Shown: piece by piece, positions 8,095 to 17,530 of the stretch | Layout: every line of letters starts with the position of its first letter | Numbering within the stretch: the stretch's first letter is position 1 | DNA from: Candidatus Acidiferrales bacterium | GTDB lineage: Bacteria; Acidobacteriota; Terriglobia; Acidiferrales; UBA7541 | Direction of reading: 5' to 3' | Assembly (NCBI GenBank): GCA_035696345.1 | Contig: DASRQU010000061.1 | Span: 4,599-68,598, forward strand | Length of the DNA stretch: 64,000 nt | Made by a program: the position numbers and the translations under genes | Notes under the pieces: model-generated | Seen by the model: only the letters and a program-made list of their open reading frames with translations | Told to the model about the DNA's origin: nothing | Databases searched by the model: none

Positions 8095-10093
8095 TTAGGC
8101 GCGCCCCTACGGGCACGTCTTCGAGGAAACCTGCCAACACCGGTGCACCGTCCGGCAGCGAAGCCGCTACGATCATACCGTTGGACTCCACGCCGCGAAG
8201 CTTTCGCGGCTGCAAATTCGTCACCACGACGACTTTGCGGCCGACGAGGTCTTCTGGCTTGTAGGCAAGGGCCAGCCCAGCGACGATCTGGCGCACTTCG
8301 TCACCGATGTCGACTTGCAGCTGCAGCAGCTTGTCCGCGCCCGCGACGCGTTCGGCGGCCTTAACGAGGCCCACGCGCATCTCGACCTTCGCAAAATCTT
8401 CGATGCCAATCTTGGTGGCCGCGGGCGCCGCAGCAGCCGCTGCGGGAACGCTCGCTGCCGCCGGCGCGGGTGTCACGGCCGGTGCCGGCGCCGCTGCCGG
8501 CGCTTTCGTTGGATCCTGTTCCATGGCTTCAATCCTCGCAATCGTTTCAGATTTATCTACGCGCGGAAAAATTCCTTCCGGCTTTCCAATCTTGGTTCCC
8601 GGCTTGAGCTGTCCCCATGCAAGCTGATCAAATTGGACTTGCCCAAGCGGCTCAGTCTGCCCCAATTGGCTCCAAATTTTCTTCGTCGCCTCCGGGAGCA
8701 CTGGATGCGCCAACGCCGCAATGATGCGTAGGCTCTCCGCCGCCGAGTACAGCACCGCCGCCAGACGCTCGCGGTCCTCCGGTTTATCGGCCAGTGTCCA
8801 GGGCTTCTCGACGGTTAGAAATTTATCAATGGCCGCGACCTGTTCCCAGATGGCTTCCAGGGCTTGCGAAAAACTGAAGTGCTCATACAGTTTTGTAATA
8901 TTGCAGAGCGCTTCCGAGGCAAAGTCAGCTGCGGCCGGGGCGTACATCTCCCTGCCCGGAACGGCCGGCGGCGTGGGAATTTCGCCGCCGAAATATCGCT
9001 CAATCATCGTGAGTGTTCGGCTGGCGAGGTTGCCCAGACCGTTTGCGAGGTCGCTGTTATAACGCGTGACCATCGCGTCGTAGGAAAAGCTGCCGTCCTG
9101 CCCGAACACAATTTCGCGCAGCATGTAGTAGCGCAGGGGCTCGATGCCCAGGGCATTCACGATTGGGCGCGGCCGCACGACGTTGCCGCGAGACTTGCTC
9201 ATCTTCTGACTGTCAAACAGCAGCCATCCATGCGCCCAGATTTGCTTTGGCAGCGGCAAATTCGCGGCCATCAGGAACGCAGGCCAGTACACGGCGTGGA
9301 AACGAATAATTTCTTTGCCCACGATGTGCAAATCCGCGGGCCATAGGCCGCGCTCGTCATACTCAGGACCGCCGGCAGCGCTCAAGTATCCGATCAGCGC
9401 ATCGAACCACACGTAAAAGACGTGCGGCGCTTCGCCGGGCACGGGGATGCCCCACTTGATCGTCGTGCGTGTGATGGAAAGGTTTTTCAGACCCCCATTC
9501 ACAAAACTCAACACTTCATTGCGGCGGCTCTCCGGCTGGATAAAATCCGGGTTGGCTTCGTAAAAATCCAGCAGCTTTCGCTGAAACTCAGACAGTTTGA
9601 AAAAATAGTTTTCTTCGGTAACGGTTTCCGTGGGACGCCCGCAATCGGGGCAAGGATCACCCGGTCCGGCTTCCACCACATATGCGTTATCGTGGACGCA
9701 GTATTGTCCCGTGTAACTGCCCTTGTCGATGAAACCGTTATCGCGGCAGCGTTGAAACAGCCATTGCACGGTGCGATGGTGCTTCGGGTCTGTTGTGCGT
9801 ATAAATTCATCGCCCGCAATTCCCAAATCGTCCCAGAGCTGTTTCCACTCGACGGCAATTTCCGTCGAAAAATCCAGTGGGGATTTCCCCGCTTTTTCCG
9901 CCGCGCGTTCAACGTTCACTCCGTGCTCGTCCGTGCCGGTGGTCATGAACACGTCATATCCGCGCATTCGCTTATAACGGCGGATCACGTCTGTCACGAT
10001 CGTCGAATAGGTGTGCCCGATATGGGGCATCCCGTTCGTGTAATACAGCGGGGTGGTCAGGTAATACTTCGGCTTGGTTCGGGAAGTGCTCAT
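8090..10093 (-). CDS. metG: Methionine--tRNA ligase with C-terminal tRNA-binding (Trbp111/EMAP-like) domain
   Basis: TTPLYYTNGMPHIGH (HIGH) and KMSKSRGN (KMSKS). A zinc knuckle DPCPDCGR. A PA-rich linker followed by KVEMRVGLVKAAERV...GMIVAA. Start taken at MSTSRTKPKYYLTTP (ATG 10093); a TTG at 10189 would add a basic extension. Confidence 0.9.
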   Translation of the reverse strand: MSTSRTKPKYYLTTPLYYTNGMPHIGHTYSTIVTDVIRRYKRMRGYDVFMTTGTDEHGVNVERAAEKAGKSPLDFSTEIAVEWKQLWDDLGIAGDEFIRTTDPKHHRTVQWLFQRCRDNGFIDKGSYTGQYCVHDNAYVVEAGPGDPCPDCGRPTETVTEENYFFKLSEFQRKLLDFYEANPDFIQPESRRNEVLSFVNGGLKNLSITRTTIKWGIPVPGEAPHVFYVWFDALIGYLSAAGGPEYDERGLWPADLHIVGKEIIRFHAVYWPAFLMAANLPLPKQIWAHGWLLFDSQKMSKSRGNVVRPRPIVNALGIEPLRYYMLREIVFGQDGSFSYDAMVTRYNSDLANGLGNLASRTLTMIERYFGGEIPTPPAVPGREMYAPAAADFASEALCNITKLYEHFSFSQALEAIWEQVAAIDKFLTVEKPWTLADKPEDRERLAAVLYSAAESLRIIAALAHPVLPEATKKIWSQLGQTEPLGQVQFDQLAWGQLKPGTKIGKPEGIFPRVDKSETIARIEAMEQDPTKAPAAAPAPAVTPAPAAASVPAAAAAAPAATKIGIEDFAKVEMRVGLVKAAERVAGADKLLQLQVDIGDEVRQIVAGLALAYKPEDLVGRKVVVVTNLQPRKLRGVESNGMIVAASLPDGAPVLAGFLEDVPVGARLK

Positions 10094-10235
10094 TCGCCTG
10101 TTCCGCGACTTGCGCGGCTTTTCCTTCTTTCCTTGTAGGTGCAAGGCTTTCCTGGAGCTGGAATGTCGCAGTGAACCACGCGATGGCAAGCCGCGCTCAC
10201 ATACAAGCGGCTATGCGATGTAAAATCGAATTTCG

Positions 10236-10264
10236 ATAGTAAGCGGGCAAGAGTATGGTGTCAA
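10236..10264 (-). promoter_or_regulatory. Candidate sigma-70 promoter for metG (TTGACA-17-TACTAT)
   Basis: The minus strand reads TTGACAccatactcttgcccgctTACTAT. This is a sequence match only. Confidence 0.35.
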
Positions 10265-10516
10265 ATCCCCGGGTTGCCTGCCTTCGTAGCGAACGCTCCG
10301 GGGTTTGGGCGGGCAGTGCCCCTTTCCCTTAACGTTCAGATCTAGAGTTTCAATATGGCCACGGCTCCGCGAGCATCCGTGCCCTCACCGTCCCGAAACC
10401 TGCCGGCCGGTGAGCCCTCTACGAAACCTTTCGTTGTGCACGTTCACCGCTAGAGCGGGCAGCTTTTTTGCCAACGCAAAATTGACGCCCTTACAGAAAT
10501 CTTCGCGCTCTCGATA

Positions 10517-10549
10517 CAAAAAAAGAGGCGCCTTTTTCCAGGCGCCTCT
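10517..10549 (-). terminator. Rho-independent terminator downstream of the 10600..11442 gene
   Basis: The minus strand reads AGAGGCGCC-tggaaaaa-GGCGCCTCT followed by TTTTTTT. Confidence 0.7.
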
Positions 10550-10599
10550 CGAAACGGCTTAGTCCAACCGCCACATTCGCAGCGGGATACTTATTCTTA

Positions 10600-11442
10600 T
10601 CACTGCGCCGGCGGCGGTTGCTTCCGTTCATCGCGGAACCCACCCTTGCCGAAGCCATGCCCCTCGACTTGGGTGAATGCGGGGTTGGGAGTAAACAGCG
10701 ACGCTGCCGGAGACTGCCCGATATTCGATAACTGGTACGTCGTCGAGCCAAAGCGCGGATCAGTGTGCGTATTCTCTAAAACAACTTCCAATGCCGTGGA
10801 AAACCAACGTTCGCTCGTGATCACAATCGCGTTGGTATTGCCGATAGCACCAGCCGGAATCGTGCGCGTAACCAGTTTATCGTCGACCGGATACACGGTG
10901 CCCGTCCCGGGATCTTTATACGATCCCGTCGGATTGTCCGTCACGGCCTCGTCGCTCGGGTCGGCACCAACCGGACGGTGTTTCGGCCCTTGAGGTCCAT
11001 TTCGCGGACGCAGCGGAAACGCCTGATACGTCCCGTCTGTCACGTTGACGATGTATTCCATTCCCGTTGTAACATTCCGAATATACGCGAATTCCTTCAA
11101 CTTACCCGAAGCTGCCCACGGGCCAATCCCCGAAAATTTTACGTCACGATACGTGCTGCCATCCGCACCGCGGGCATAGGTTCCCGTAGACGTGTTCGAG
11201 ATCATGTTTCCGGGCAGACTCTCGGTGTGCGTAATCGTAATCGTGGCCAGAACGGGTTTCCCCGTAACCACGTTACCGCCGAAGCCGCCAATCAGGCCGC
11301 CGATTTCAAACATGCCTGGCATCGGTCCCGGTCCACCGAACCCACCGGGTGGCGGCGGTGGAGGCCCCTGCGCCGATGCTATCATTGCCATGCCACCGAG
11401 CAGCACTGCCCCTACCGACATCCAAAGAGCCACTTTTCTCAC
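10600..11442 (-). CDS. Secreted hypothetical protein with Gly/Pro-rich N-terminal region (last gene of the ECF operon)
   Basis: Signal peptide MRKVALWMSVGAVLLGGMAMIASAQ, then GPPPPPPGGFGGPGPMPGMFEIGGLIGGFGG. No recognisable catalytic motif. Confidence 0.6.
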   Translation of the reverse strand: MRKVALWMSVGAVLLGGMAMIASAQGPPPPPPGGFGGPGPMPGMFEIGGLIGGFGGNVVTGKPVLATITITHTESLPGNMISNTSTGTYARGADGSTYRDVKFSGIGPWAASGKLKEFAYIRNVTTGMEYIVNVTDGTYQAFPLRPRNGPQGPKHRPVGADPSDEAVTDNPTGSYKDPGTGTVYPVDDKLVTRTIPAGAIGNTNAIVITSERWFSTALEVVLENTHTDPRFGSTTYQLSNIGQSPAASLFTPNPAFTQVEGHGFGKGGFRDERKQPPPAQ

Positions 11443-11496
11443 CGAATTGCCTCCTCAACCATCTCTGTCCATCCGTTCCACTTTGGAACAGCTTCA

Positions 11497-12198
11497 CTAC
11501 TGGATTAATTTCACTCCGCGCGGCCAGCCGTCTTCGCCGACCAGCACGTCCGCCAGGATCAAGTCTTCGTCCGGCGTTTCCGCCACCGGGTAGCCAAGTT
11601 GCGCTAAGGAAGCCCGGGTTAACTGCACACGCACAACCATGCCGGGATCGTCCGCCACAATCGAGCCCGAGTAGGGCACAGGAACGAAGTCCGAAGCCAG
11701 ATACGACTCGGTTGCCGAGGCAACCGTCTCAGTGTCACTCGTGTCGGGCGTAGAGAACACGCTTATCCGCTTGGACGACCCTGCGACCTCAGCCTGGAGC
11801 GGCGCAGCCGATTGCGACGAGATATCTTTGTGCGGCATAGGAATGGTTTGCGCCTTTTGCTTCCCATTTCCCAACCAAATAAATAAAAGCAATATAGCGG
11901 CCGCGGCGCCGACGCTCGCCCATTCCAATTTCCGCTGCCAGGAAGTCCGGCGGTGGTGATTCCGAAAGGCCGAAAGCAGCGCCGCTTCGATCTCGGGGGG
12001 CGCGTGTTCTCCGCGCGCGCTTTCACCAATCGATTGCGAAGCCTCCGCCAATGCGGTGGCATCGGCCATTCGCTCTGCGCACAGTGCGCAGTGAGCTGCA
12101 TGTTCCAGCGCAGCCTCACGCACGTTCACATCCAGCAACTCCATGTACACGAAGCCGTGCACCACTTCGTCAAATTCCCTGCACGTCATTTCCTTCAT
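11497..12198 (-). CDS. Anti-sigma factor (zf-HC2 / ZAS type), single-pass membrane protein
   Basis: MKEMTCREF...HAAHCALCAERM contains the Hx3Cx2C motif. TM segment WASVGAAAAILLLFIWL. The start overlaps the sigma gene stop (ATGA at 12198-12195). Confidence 0.75.
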   Translation of the reverse strand: MKEMTCREFDEVVHGFVYMELLDVNVREAALEHAAHCALCAERMADATALAEASQSIGESARGEHAPPEIEAALLSAFRNHHRRTSWQRKLEWASVGAAAAILLLFIWLGNGKQKAQTIPMPHKDISSQSAAPLQAEVAGSSKRISVFSTPDTSDTETVASATESYLASDFVPVPYSGSIVADDPGMVVRVQLTRASLAQLGYPVAETPDEDLILADVLVGEDGWPRGVKLIQ

Positions 12199-12854
12199 GT
12201 GTTGCCTCCGGGGCGAACCCACTGCGCTCTCGCCCCAATTTTCGCCGGTCGAAGCTTGTCCAGAAGCATCGAGCGCGCCCGGTTCAGCCGCGACCGCACT
12301 GTGCCCACCGGGCAGTCAAGCAGCGCAGCCGCCTCTCCGTAACTCTTGCCTTCCAAGTCACAAAGCGTGACAGGTTCACGATAGTGATCTGGAAGGGTCA
12401 AAATCGCATCGCGCAAAAGCTCACTGATCTGCTCCCGCTCCAGCCCTTCGTGAACCGTTTCCGATGGAGTGACCATTGCCGGGGCGTGCCCATTGCCGTT
12501 GGATTGCCCGGAATGAAAGGCGCCGTCGGACGACAGGCCGCTGCTCAACTCATCGGACAACGAAACGTAGCGGCTTTCTTTTTCATACAACTTGCGCAAA
12601 TGATTTCGCGCGATCCCGAAAAGAAACGCGGCCGGGTTCCCTTTTTCCTCGTCGTACTTAGCGACATGGCGAATCAGTGACAGAAAAGTTTCCTGGACAA
12701 CATCCGCGGCGGCTTGTGGGCTTCCACTCATGTGCATGGCGTAGCGGTACAGCCCGCCCTGATGGCGCCGGTAGAACTCCAAAAAAGCGTCTTCATCTCC
12801 CGCTTTCAGACGCCCTAAAAGTTCGACATCCCGTGTCTCAACTGGCTCTGCCAT
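12195..12854 (-). CDS. ECF-type RNA polymerase sigma-70 factor
   Basis: Region 2 (FLEFYRRHQGGLYRYAMHM, DVVQETFLSL) and region 4 (PDHYREPVTLCDLEGKSYGEAAALLDCPVGTVRSRLNRAR). Confidence 0.9.
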   Translation of the reverse strand: MAEPVETRDVELLGRLKAGDEDAFLEFYRRHQGGLYRYAMHMSGSPQAAADVVQETFLSLIRHVAKYDEEKGNPAAFLFGIARNHLRKLYEKESRYVSLSDELSSGLSSDGAFHSGQSNGNGHAPAMVTPSETVHEGLEREQISELLRDAILTLPDHYREPVTLCDLEGKSYGEAAALLDCPVGTVRSRLNRARSMLLDKLRPAKIGARAQWVRPGGNT

Positions 12855-12893
12855 CTACCCCGTTTGGACGTCTCTCCCGCGCCTACATTAGTT

Positions 12894-12920
12894 ATTACGT
12901 TTACAGGCAGGACGAGTTCC
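12894..12920 (-). promoter_or_regulatory. Candidate ECF-type autoregulated promoter (GGAAC-N16-CGTAAT)
   Basis: The minus strand reads tGGAACtcgtcctgcctgtaaaCGTAAt, about 40-65 nt upstream of the sigma start codon. It fits the generic ECF GAAC...CGT architecture. Confidence 0.45.
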
Positions 12921-13027
12921 ACTTTCTTGTCTTTCTGTCGATCGGAAACGGCACCACTATATTCCTAATGTTGTTTTCATGCCCCATGACTTTTCCATTC
13001 CGGGTTTTCTAGTGCCGGCTGTACAAA

Positions 13028-13054
13028 CATGCCCGCCTGAAGGCGGGCGCTACA
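13028..13054. repeat. Single REP unit of the GCCCGCC-TGAA-GGCGGGC family
   Basis: CATGCCCGCCTGAAGGCGGGCGCTACA is the reverse orientation of the unit at 6059. Confidence 0.8.
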
Positions 13055-13210
13055 TGACCATTACCGGCATTTACGCTGGATTTGCGGCCAAATTCCTACA
13101 ATGACCGCCCGCGATCGACATTCTGGAATCATCGCACCGCGCCTGCTAAGATGCAGAAAGGCGAAAAAACGTTTTCGACTCAAGTCCGCTTCGAAACAGA
13201 TAACTTGTCC

Positions 13211-14560
13211 ATGGGGAAACGAAAGATCATGCCGCACACATTTTCACATCGAATTCGTGCCGCCCTATGGATTTTGCCGGTCGCCGTTGGCGGCATGTCC
13301 GCCCCATTCGTGCATGCACAAACGTCGACCGCTGCGCCGCAAGTGCTGAAGGGCGAAGGATCATTTAACGATTGGAACAACGAGCGTCCCGGGAACCGCT
13401 ACTCGATCAAGGCATCGGACTTACCCAAACCTTATGCGACGGACTCCGCGCCAAACGAATCGAAAGTTGTGCCTCGCCCGGCGAATGCCTGGCCGAAAGT
13501 GCCGGACGGTTTTAAAATCGAGCAGGCGTTGACTGGACTGGATGCGCCGCGCACGATTGTCACCGCGCCGAACGGCGACCTGTTTGTTGCGGAAAGCATG
13601 TCTAGCCGCATCCGAGTACTGCGCGGATTTGGCGGCGACGGCAAAGTGATTACGAATGAGGTCTATGCGAGCGATTTAACCCTACCCTACGGCATCGCGT
13701 TTTACCCGCCCGGTCGAAATCCGCAGTTCGTTTACGTTGGCAACACGAATTCGATCTTGCGCTTCCCGTATAAGAACGGCGATCTGAAGGCCAGCGGTCC
13801 AGCACAAGTGATCGTCGCGAACCTCCCGGGCGGCGCGCGATACGGCGGGGGCCACTGGACGCGTAGCCTGGTTTTTTCGAACGACGGCAAGAAACTTTAC
13901 GTGGGCGTCGGCTCGAAAGCCAACGTCGGCGATGACGATTCGGAAAAAAATCGCGCAGACGTCCTTGAATTTAATCCTGACGGCACCGGGCAAAGGATTT
14001 ATGCGGCGGGCGTCCGCAACGCTTCCGGCGTAGCCGTGCATCCGCAGACCGGTCAACTCTGGGTAGCGGTGAACGAGCGCGATGCGCTGGGCGACAACCT
14101 TGTGCCGGACTACGTCACGCACGTGCAGGACGGCGGCTTCTACGGCTGGCCGTGGTATTACACGGGTCCGAATCAGGATCCGCGTTTTGCAGGAAAACAT
14201 CCGGAACTGAAGGAGAAGGTTATCGTTCCCGATGTGCTGCTCCAATCTCATTCGGCACCGCTGACGTTAACCTTTTACGAAGGCAAACAATTCCCTGCGG
14301 AATATCGCGGCGATCTTTTCGTGACTTCGCACGGTTCGTGGAATCGAGCCAAACGGACGGGCTACAAGGTGGTTCGCGTGTACGCGCCGAACGGAAAAGC
14401 TACCGGCGAATATCAGGACTTCGTCACGGGCTTCGTTGTGGACGATGCACGCGTGTGGGGACGGCCGGTGGGCGTCACGGCGGCGGCGGATGGTGCGCTT
14501 GTGTTTACGGATGATGCGTCGAACAGCGTGTGGCGTGTGACGTATATCGGAAGTAAGTAA
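13211..14560 (+). CDS. Soluble PQQ-dependent sugar (glucose/sorbosone) dehydrogenase-family beta-propeller
   Basis: Signal peptide IRAALWILPVAVGGMSAPFVHAQ. Typical motifs are APNGDLFVAE, GGHWTRSLVFS, GVRNASGVAVHPQTGQLWVAVNERD and GGFYGWPW. Start is ATG 13211 or 13229; the TTG at 13082 is unlikely. Confidence 0.8.
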   Translation: MGKRKIMPHTFSHRIRAALWILPVAVGGMSAPFVHAQTSTAAPQVLKGEGSFNDWNNERPGNRYSIKASDLPKPYATDSAPNESKVVPRPANAWPKVPDGFKIEQALTGLDAPRTIVTAPNGDLFVAESMSSRIRVLRGFGGDGKVITNEVYASDLTLPYGIAFYPPGRNPQFVYVGNTNSILRFPYKNGDLKASGPAQVIVANLPGGARYGGGHWTRSLVFSNDGKKLYVGVGSKANVGDDDSEKNRADVLEFNPDGTGQRIYAAGVRNASGVAVHPQTGQLWVAVNERDALGDNLVPDYVTHVQDGGFYGWPWYYTGPNQDPRFAGKHPELKEKVIVPDVLLQSHSAPLTLTFYEGKQFPAEYRGDLFVTSHGSWNRAKRTGYKVVRVYAPNGKATGEYQDFVTGFVVDDARVWGRPVGVTAAADGALVFTDDASNSVWRVTYIGSK

Positions 14561-14657
14561 GACAGGTTTCAGCCTGTCTTCTTTTGAATTTCTTGCATAA
14601 CGGCATCCCGCCAGATTTGCAAAAGTCAAAACAAGGCAGGCTGAAGCCTGTCCTACT
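14561..14657. repeat. Paired REP-like element (GTAG-stem-TTCA family)
   Basis: GACAGGTTTCAGCCTGTCT ... AGGCAGGCTGAAGCCTGTCCTACT. It starts immediately after the stop at 14560. Confidence 0.8.
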
Positions 14658-14724
14658 TATTCCCCTTCCCACGCTGCTCGCCAGTTCCCTATAATCACTA
14701 TTTCTCAAACCAGATGGGAGCCAC

Positions 14725-16740
14725 TTGGTTAACGTACTCGTAGCACGCGTTCGCGCCGCGCTCGCCGCGCATATTCAGAAGCACTATAAGCTGAACGTCA
14801 CGATCGTCACGGAAAAACCTCCCCGCATCGAGATGGGCGAGGCCGCGACGCCCGTCTGTTTTGAGCTGGCGAAACGCCTGAAGCGCGCTCCTCGACAGAT
14901 CGCTCAGGAAATTGCCGTGCAGCTTCCGCCGATTGAAGGAGTCGCGCGTGTGGAAGTTGCCGGCGCGGGCTACGTAAATTTTTATTTTTTGCGGACAGAA
15001 TTCCTGGCTGGCTCGCTGAAAGAAGCTGCCGCGCACACGCCCGCCTTCGCGCCCGATGCGCCGAAGTGCATTGTCGAGCACACGAACATCAATCCCAATA
15101 AGGCCGCACACATCGGACATCTGCGAAACGCCGTCTTGGGCGACACGTTTGTGCGCCTGTTGCGCCGCGCCGGGCAGCGCGTGGAAGTGCAAAATTACAT
15201 CGACAACACTGGCGTGCAAGTGGCCGATGTGGTGATCGGATTTCTGCACATCGCGAAAAAAACGGCGGAAGAAGTTCGCGCGCTTGCCGCGGAACCAAAA
15301 TTCGATTACTACTGCTGGGATTTATACGCCAGCGTGTCGCGCTTTTTTGACGAAGACAAGACACGCTTGAATCTGCGCGGTGAAACTCTGAAATCGATTG
15401 AAGAAGGGGCGGGCGAAGCGTCCGAGATGGCCGGCATCGTGGCTCCGGCAATTGTGCGCTGCCATTTGCGGACGATGGAGCGGCTCGAAATCGAATACGA
15501 TTTTCTTCCTCGCGAGAGCGAAATTCTGCACCTGAAATTTTGGGACGCTGCGTTCGAGTTATTGAAACAGCGCAACGCAATTCACCTGGCTGCGTCCGGG
15601 AAAAATTCCGGCTGCTGGGTGATGCGCATGAGTGAAGGCGCGGACGCCGCCGAGGCGAACGCCGCTTCTGAGGACAACACAAGCGGCGAGCCCGCTTCGG
15701 AAGACGACGACGCGAAAGTGATCGTGCGCTCCAACGGCACCGTGACGTATGTGGGCAAAGACATTGCCTACCAGCTCTGGAAATTCGGGTTGTTGGGACG
15801 CGATTTTCACTACGAGAACTTTTATACTTACCCAGCTGGCCATACACTGTGGTCCAGCACCGCTGCGACTGGTGATTCCGCCGCGCCTGCGTTTGGCCGC
15901 GCCGCGATCGTGTACAACGTGATCGATGCTCGTCAGGCGTATCTGCAAAATGTGGTGACCGCCGGGTTGCGCGCGCTTGGCTTTAATGATCAGGCGTCGC
16001 GCTCGATTCATTTTTCATACGAGATTGTGGCGCTTACTCCACGTTGCGCCTCTGAGCTCGGCTATACGCTGAGCGAAGAAGACGCGAAAAAGCCATACGT
16101 CGAAGTGAGCGGCCGCAAAGGGCTCGGCGTAAAGGCTGACGATTTGCTGGATCGCCTGGAAGCGGCGGCGCGCGCGGAAGTCGATGAACGCCATCCTGAT
16201 ACGCCAGATATGGAACGCGCCGCCATCGCGCATTCCATCGCCATCGGGGCGCTGCGCTATTTCCTTTTGAAATTTACGCGAACAGCGACGATCGCTTTCG
16301 ATTTTAAGGATGCTCTCAGCTTTGAGGGCGAGACGGGACCTTACTGCCAGTACGCCGTGGTACGCGCGCGAAATATTTTCCGCAAGCTGCGCGAACAGCA
16401 ACCGGGCTTCGACGTCGCTTCCTTGGAGAACGTCGATGCCGCTACCGTTTCGGCCTTTTTTTCAGGAGCAGAAGGAAATGCGCTCTGGGAGTTGGCTTTC
16501 CTCGCCGCGTCGCTCGACACCCAAATCGACGCCGCGGTCAACGCGCAGGAACCGGCATTTGTGGCCAAGTATGCCTTCCAGCTCGCGCAGGCCTTCAATC
16601 TTTTCTATCACCATCACCACATCCTTACGGAATCGGACGCCGCAAAGAAAACTTTCTTACTGCAACTGAGCCGCCTGGCCGAAGTGCAACTCGTAGCCGC
16701 GCTCGGATTACTGGGCATCGAATCACCGGAAAAAATGTAG
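14725..16740 (+). CDS. argS: Arginine--tRNA ligase
   Basis: HTNINPNKAAHIGHLRNAVLGD (HIGH) and the anticodon-binding DALSFEGETGPYCQYAVVRARNI. TTG start. Contains an acidic low-complexity insertion (EANAASEDNTSGEPASEDDD). Confidence 0.9.
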   Translation: MVNVLVARVRAALAAHIQKHYKLNVTIVTEKPPRIEMGEAATPVCFELAKRLKRAPRQIAQEIAVQLPPIEGVARVEVAGAGYVNFYFLRTEFLAGSLKEAAAHTPAFAPDAPKCIVEHTNINPNKAAHIGHLRNAVLGDTFVRLLRRAGQRVEVQNYIDNTGVQVADVVIGFLHIAKKTAEEVRALAAEPKFDYYCWDLYASVSRFFDEDKTRLNLRGETLKSIEEGAGEASEMAGIVAPAIVRCHLRTMERLEIEYDFLPRESEILHLKFWDAAFELLKQRNAIHLAASGKNSGCWVMRMSEGADAAEANAASEDNTSGEPASEDDDAKVIVRSNGTVTYVGKDIAYQLWKFGLLGRDFHYENFYTYPAGHTLWSSTAATGDSAAPAFGRAAIVYNVIDARQAYLQNVVTAGLRALGFNDQASRSIHFSYEIVALTPRCASELGYTLSEEDAKKPYVEVSGRKGLGVKADDLLDRLEAAARAEVDERHPDTPDMERAAIAHSIAIGALRYFLLKFTRTATIAFDFKDALSFEGETGPYCQYAVVRARNIFRKLREQQPGFDVASLENVDAATVSAFFSGAEGNALWELAFLAASLDTQIDAAVNAQEPAFVAKYAFQLAQAFNLFYHHHHILTESDAAKKTFLLQLSRLAEVQLVAALGLLGIESPEKM

Positions 16741-16822
16741 CGATTTACAGTTTGGCCGGCGCTAGTCTTGATCGAAGGAATTGCGGCGCGCCGTTTTTGC
16801 TGAACGAATCCAGGAGACTTCC

Positions 16823-17530
16823 ATGACATTTTTCGACCGACGATCGTTTTTTGGAAAGGTTGCGATTGGCCTTGCCACGCTTGGGGCAGCAAAAGCTCCA
16901 GCGGATGCGCAACTGGTTTACAAGCCTGCAGACTGGAATGCGGCGGACTTCGATGGCCTGGTCAAACACCGCGCGCGGGTAAAACAGGTTTTCGATGAAA
17001 TTCAAATTGGCGGCGGACGTTTTCTGAATAATATTAAAAACTCGCTGAACGGATTGCAATTCAGTTTTAATATTCCTGCGGAACAAATCAAAATTGTGGC
17101 GGCGATGCATGGCCCGGCGAACATGCTCAATTTCGACGATTTCATCTGGAATAAATACAAGGTCGGCGAATGGCTGAAGGTGGACGATCCAAAAACCGGG
17201 CAGCCCGCCGTGCGCAATCCATACCTCGTCCGGAAGTCCGCAGCGGAAACTCCGGGCGCCGCGCAAGATCCGAGTGATGAAAACTCTTCCTTTCAGGACT
17301 CCAGCATTCAGGCTCTGCAAGCGCGCAAGGTGCAGTTTCTATGCTGCCATACGGCCACGGAAGAGCAAGCCCGCGCGCTGATCAAGCAATATTCACTCAC
17401 CCAGCAACCGGAAGAAATTGTCAAAGAAATGCTGGCGCATACGGTTCCCGGCGTCATGGTTGTGGCGGCGATGGTTTCGTGCATCGCGCTGCTGCAGAGC
17501 GAAGGCCACTATTCCTATGTCACGGTTTAG
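16823..17530 (+). CDS. Tat-signal protein, DsrE/COG1416-like fold (tentative)
   Basis: ATG 16823 follows AGGAG. Tat motif MTFFDRRSFFGKVAIGLATLGAAKA. The C-terminal VQFLCCHTA...VVAAMVSCIALLQSEGHYSYVTV resembles DsrE-like proteins. Confidence 0.55.
   Translation: MTFFDRRSFFGKVAIGLATLGAAKAPADAQLVYKPADWNAADFDGLVKHRARVKQVFDEIQIGGGRFLNNIKNSLNGLQFSFNIPAEQIKIVAAMHGPANMLNFDDFIWNKYKVGEWLKVDDPKTGQPAVRNPYLVRKSAAETPGAAQDPSDENSSFQDSSIQALQARKVQFLCCHTATEEQARALIKQYSLTQQPEEIVKEMLAHTVPGVMVVAAMVSCIALLQSEGHYSYVTV

Noticed and set aside
10094-10189. A basic N-terminal extension of MetRS from TTG 10189 (MPSRGSLRHSSSRKALHLQGKKEKPRKSRNRR).
   Set aside because: The ATG at 10093 gives a canonical MetRS N-terminus (..KYYLTTPLYYTNG). 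The extension has no SD and starts with TTG. It remains possible, so the start is flagged as uncertain.
10190-10520. I checked this spacer, and the other large spacers 22967-23725, 35537-36014 and 45453-45812, for tRNA, SRP RNA, RNase P, tmRNA and common riboswitch cores.
   Set aside because: None of the conserved cores I can recognise by eye was found (for example GGTTCGAATCC-type T-arms, GAGGAAAGTCC or AGGAAGCAGCC). The 10265-10516 region is kept only as a low-interest unassigned region.
15089-15847. Long antisense or off-frame ORFs inside well-supported genes. Examples are 15089..15847, 14698..15249, 38063..38791, 40834..41577, 43400..43999, 44247..45071, 48203..49087, 55933..56565, 57586..58302 and 62134..62853.
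   Set aside because: These are typical shadow ORFs of GC-rich coding DNA. Their translations are Arg/Gly/Ala/Pro-rich without motifs, and each is fully nested in a gene with clear family signatures.
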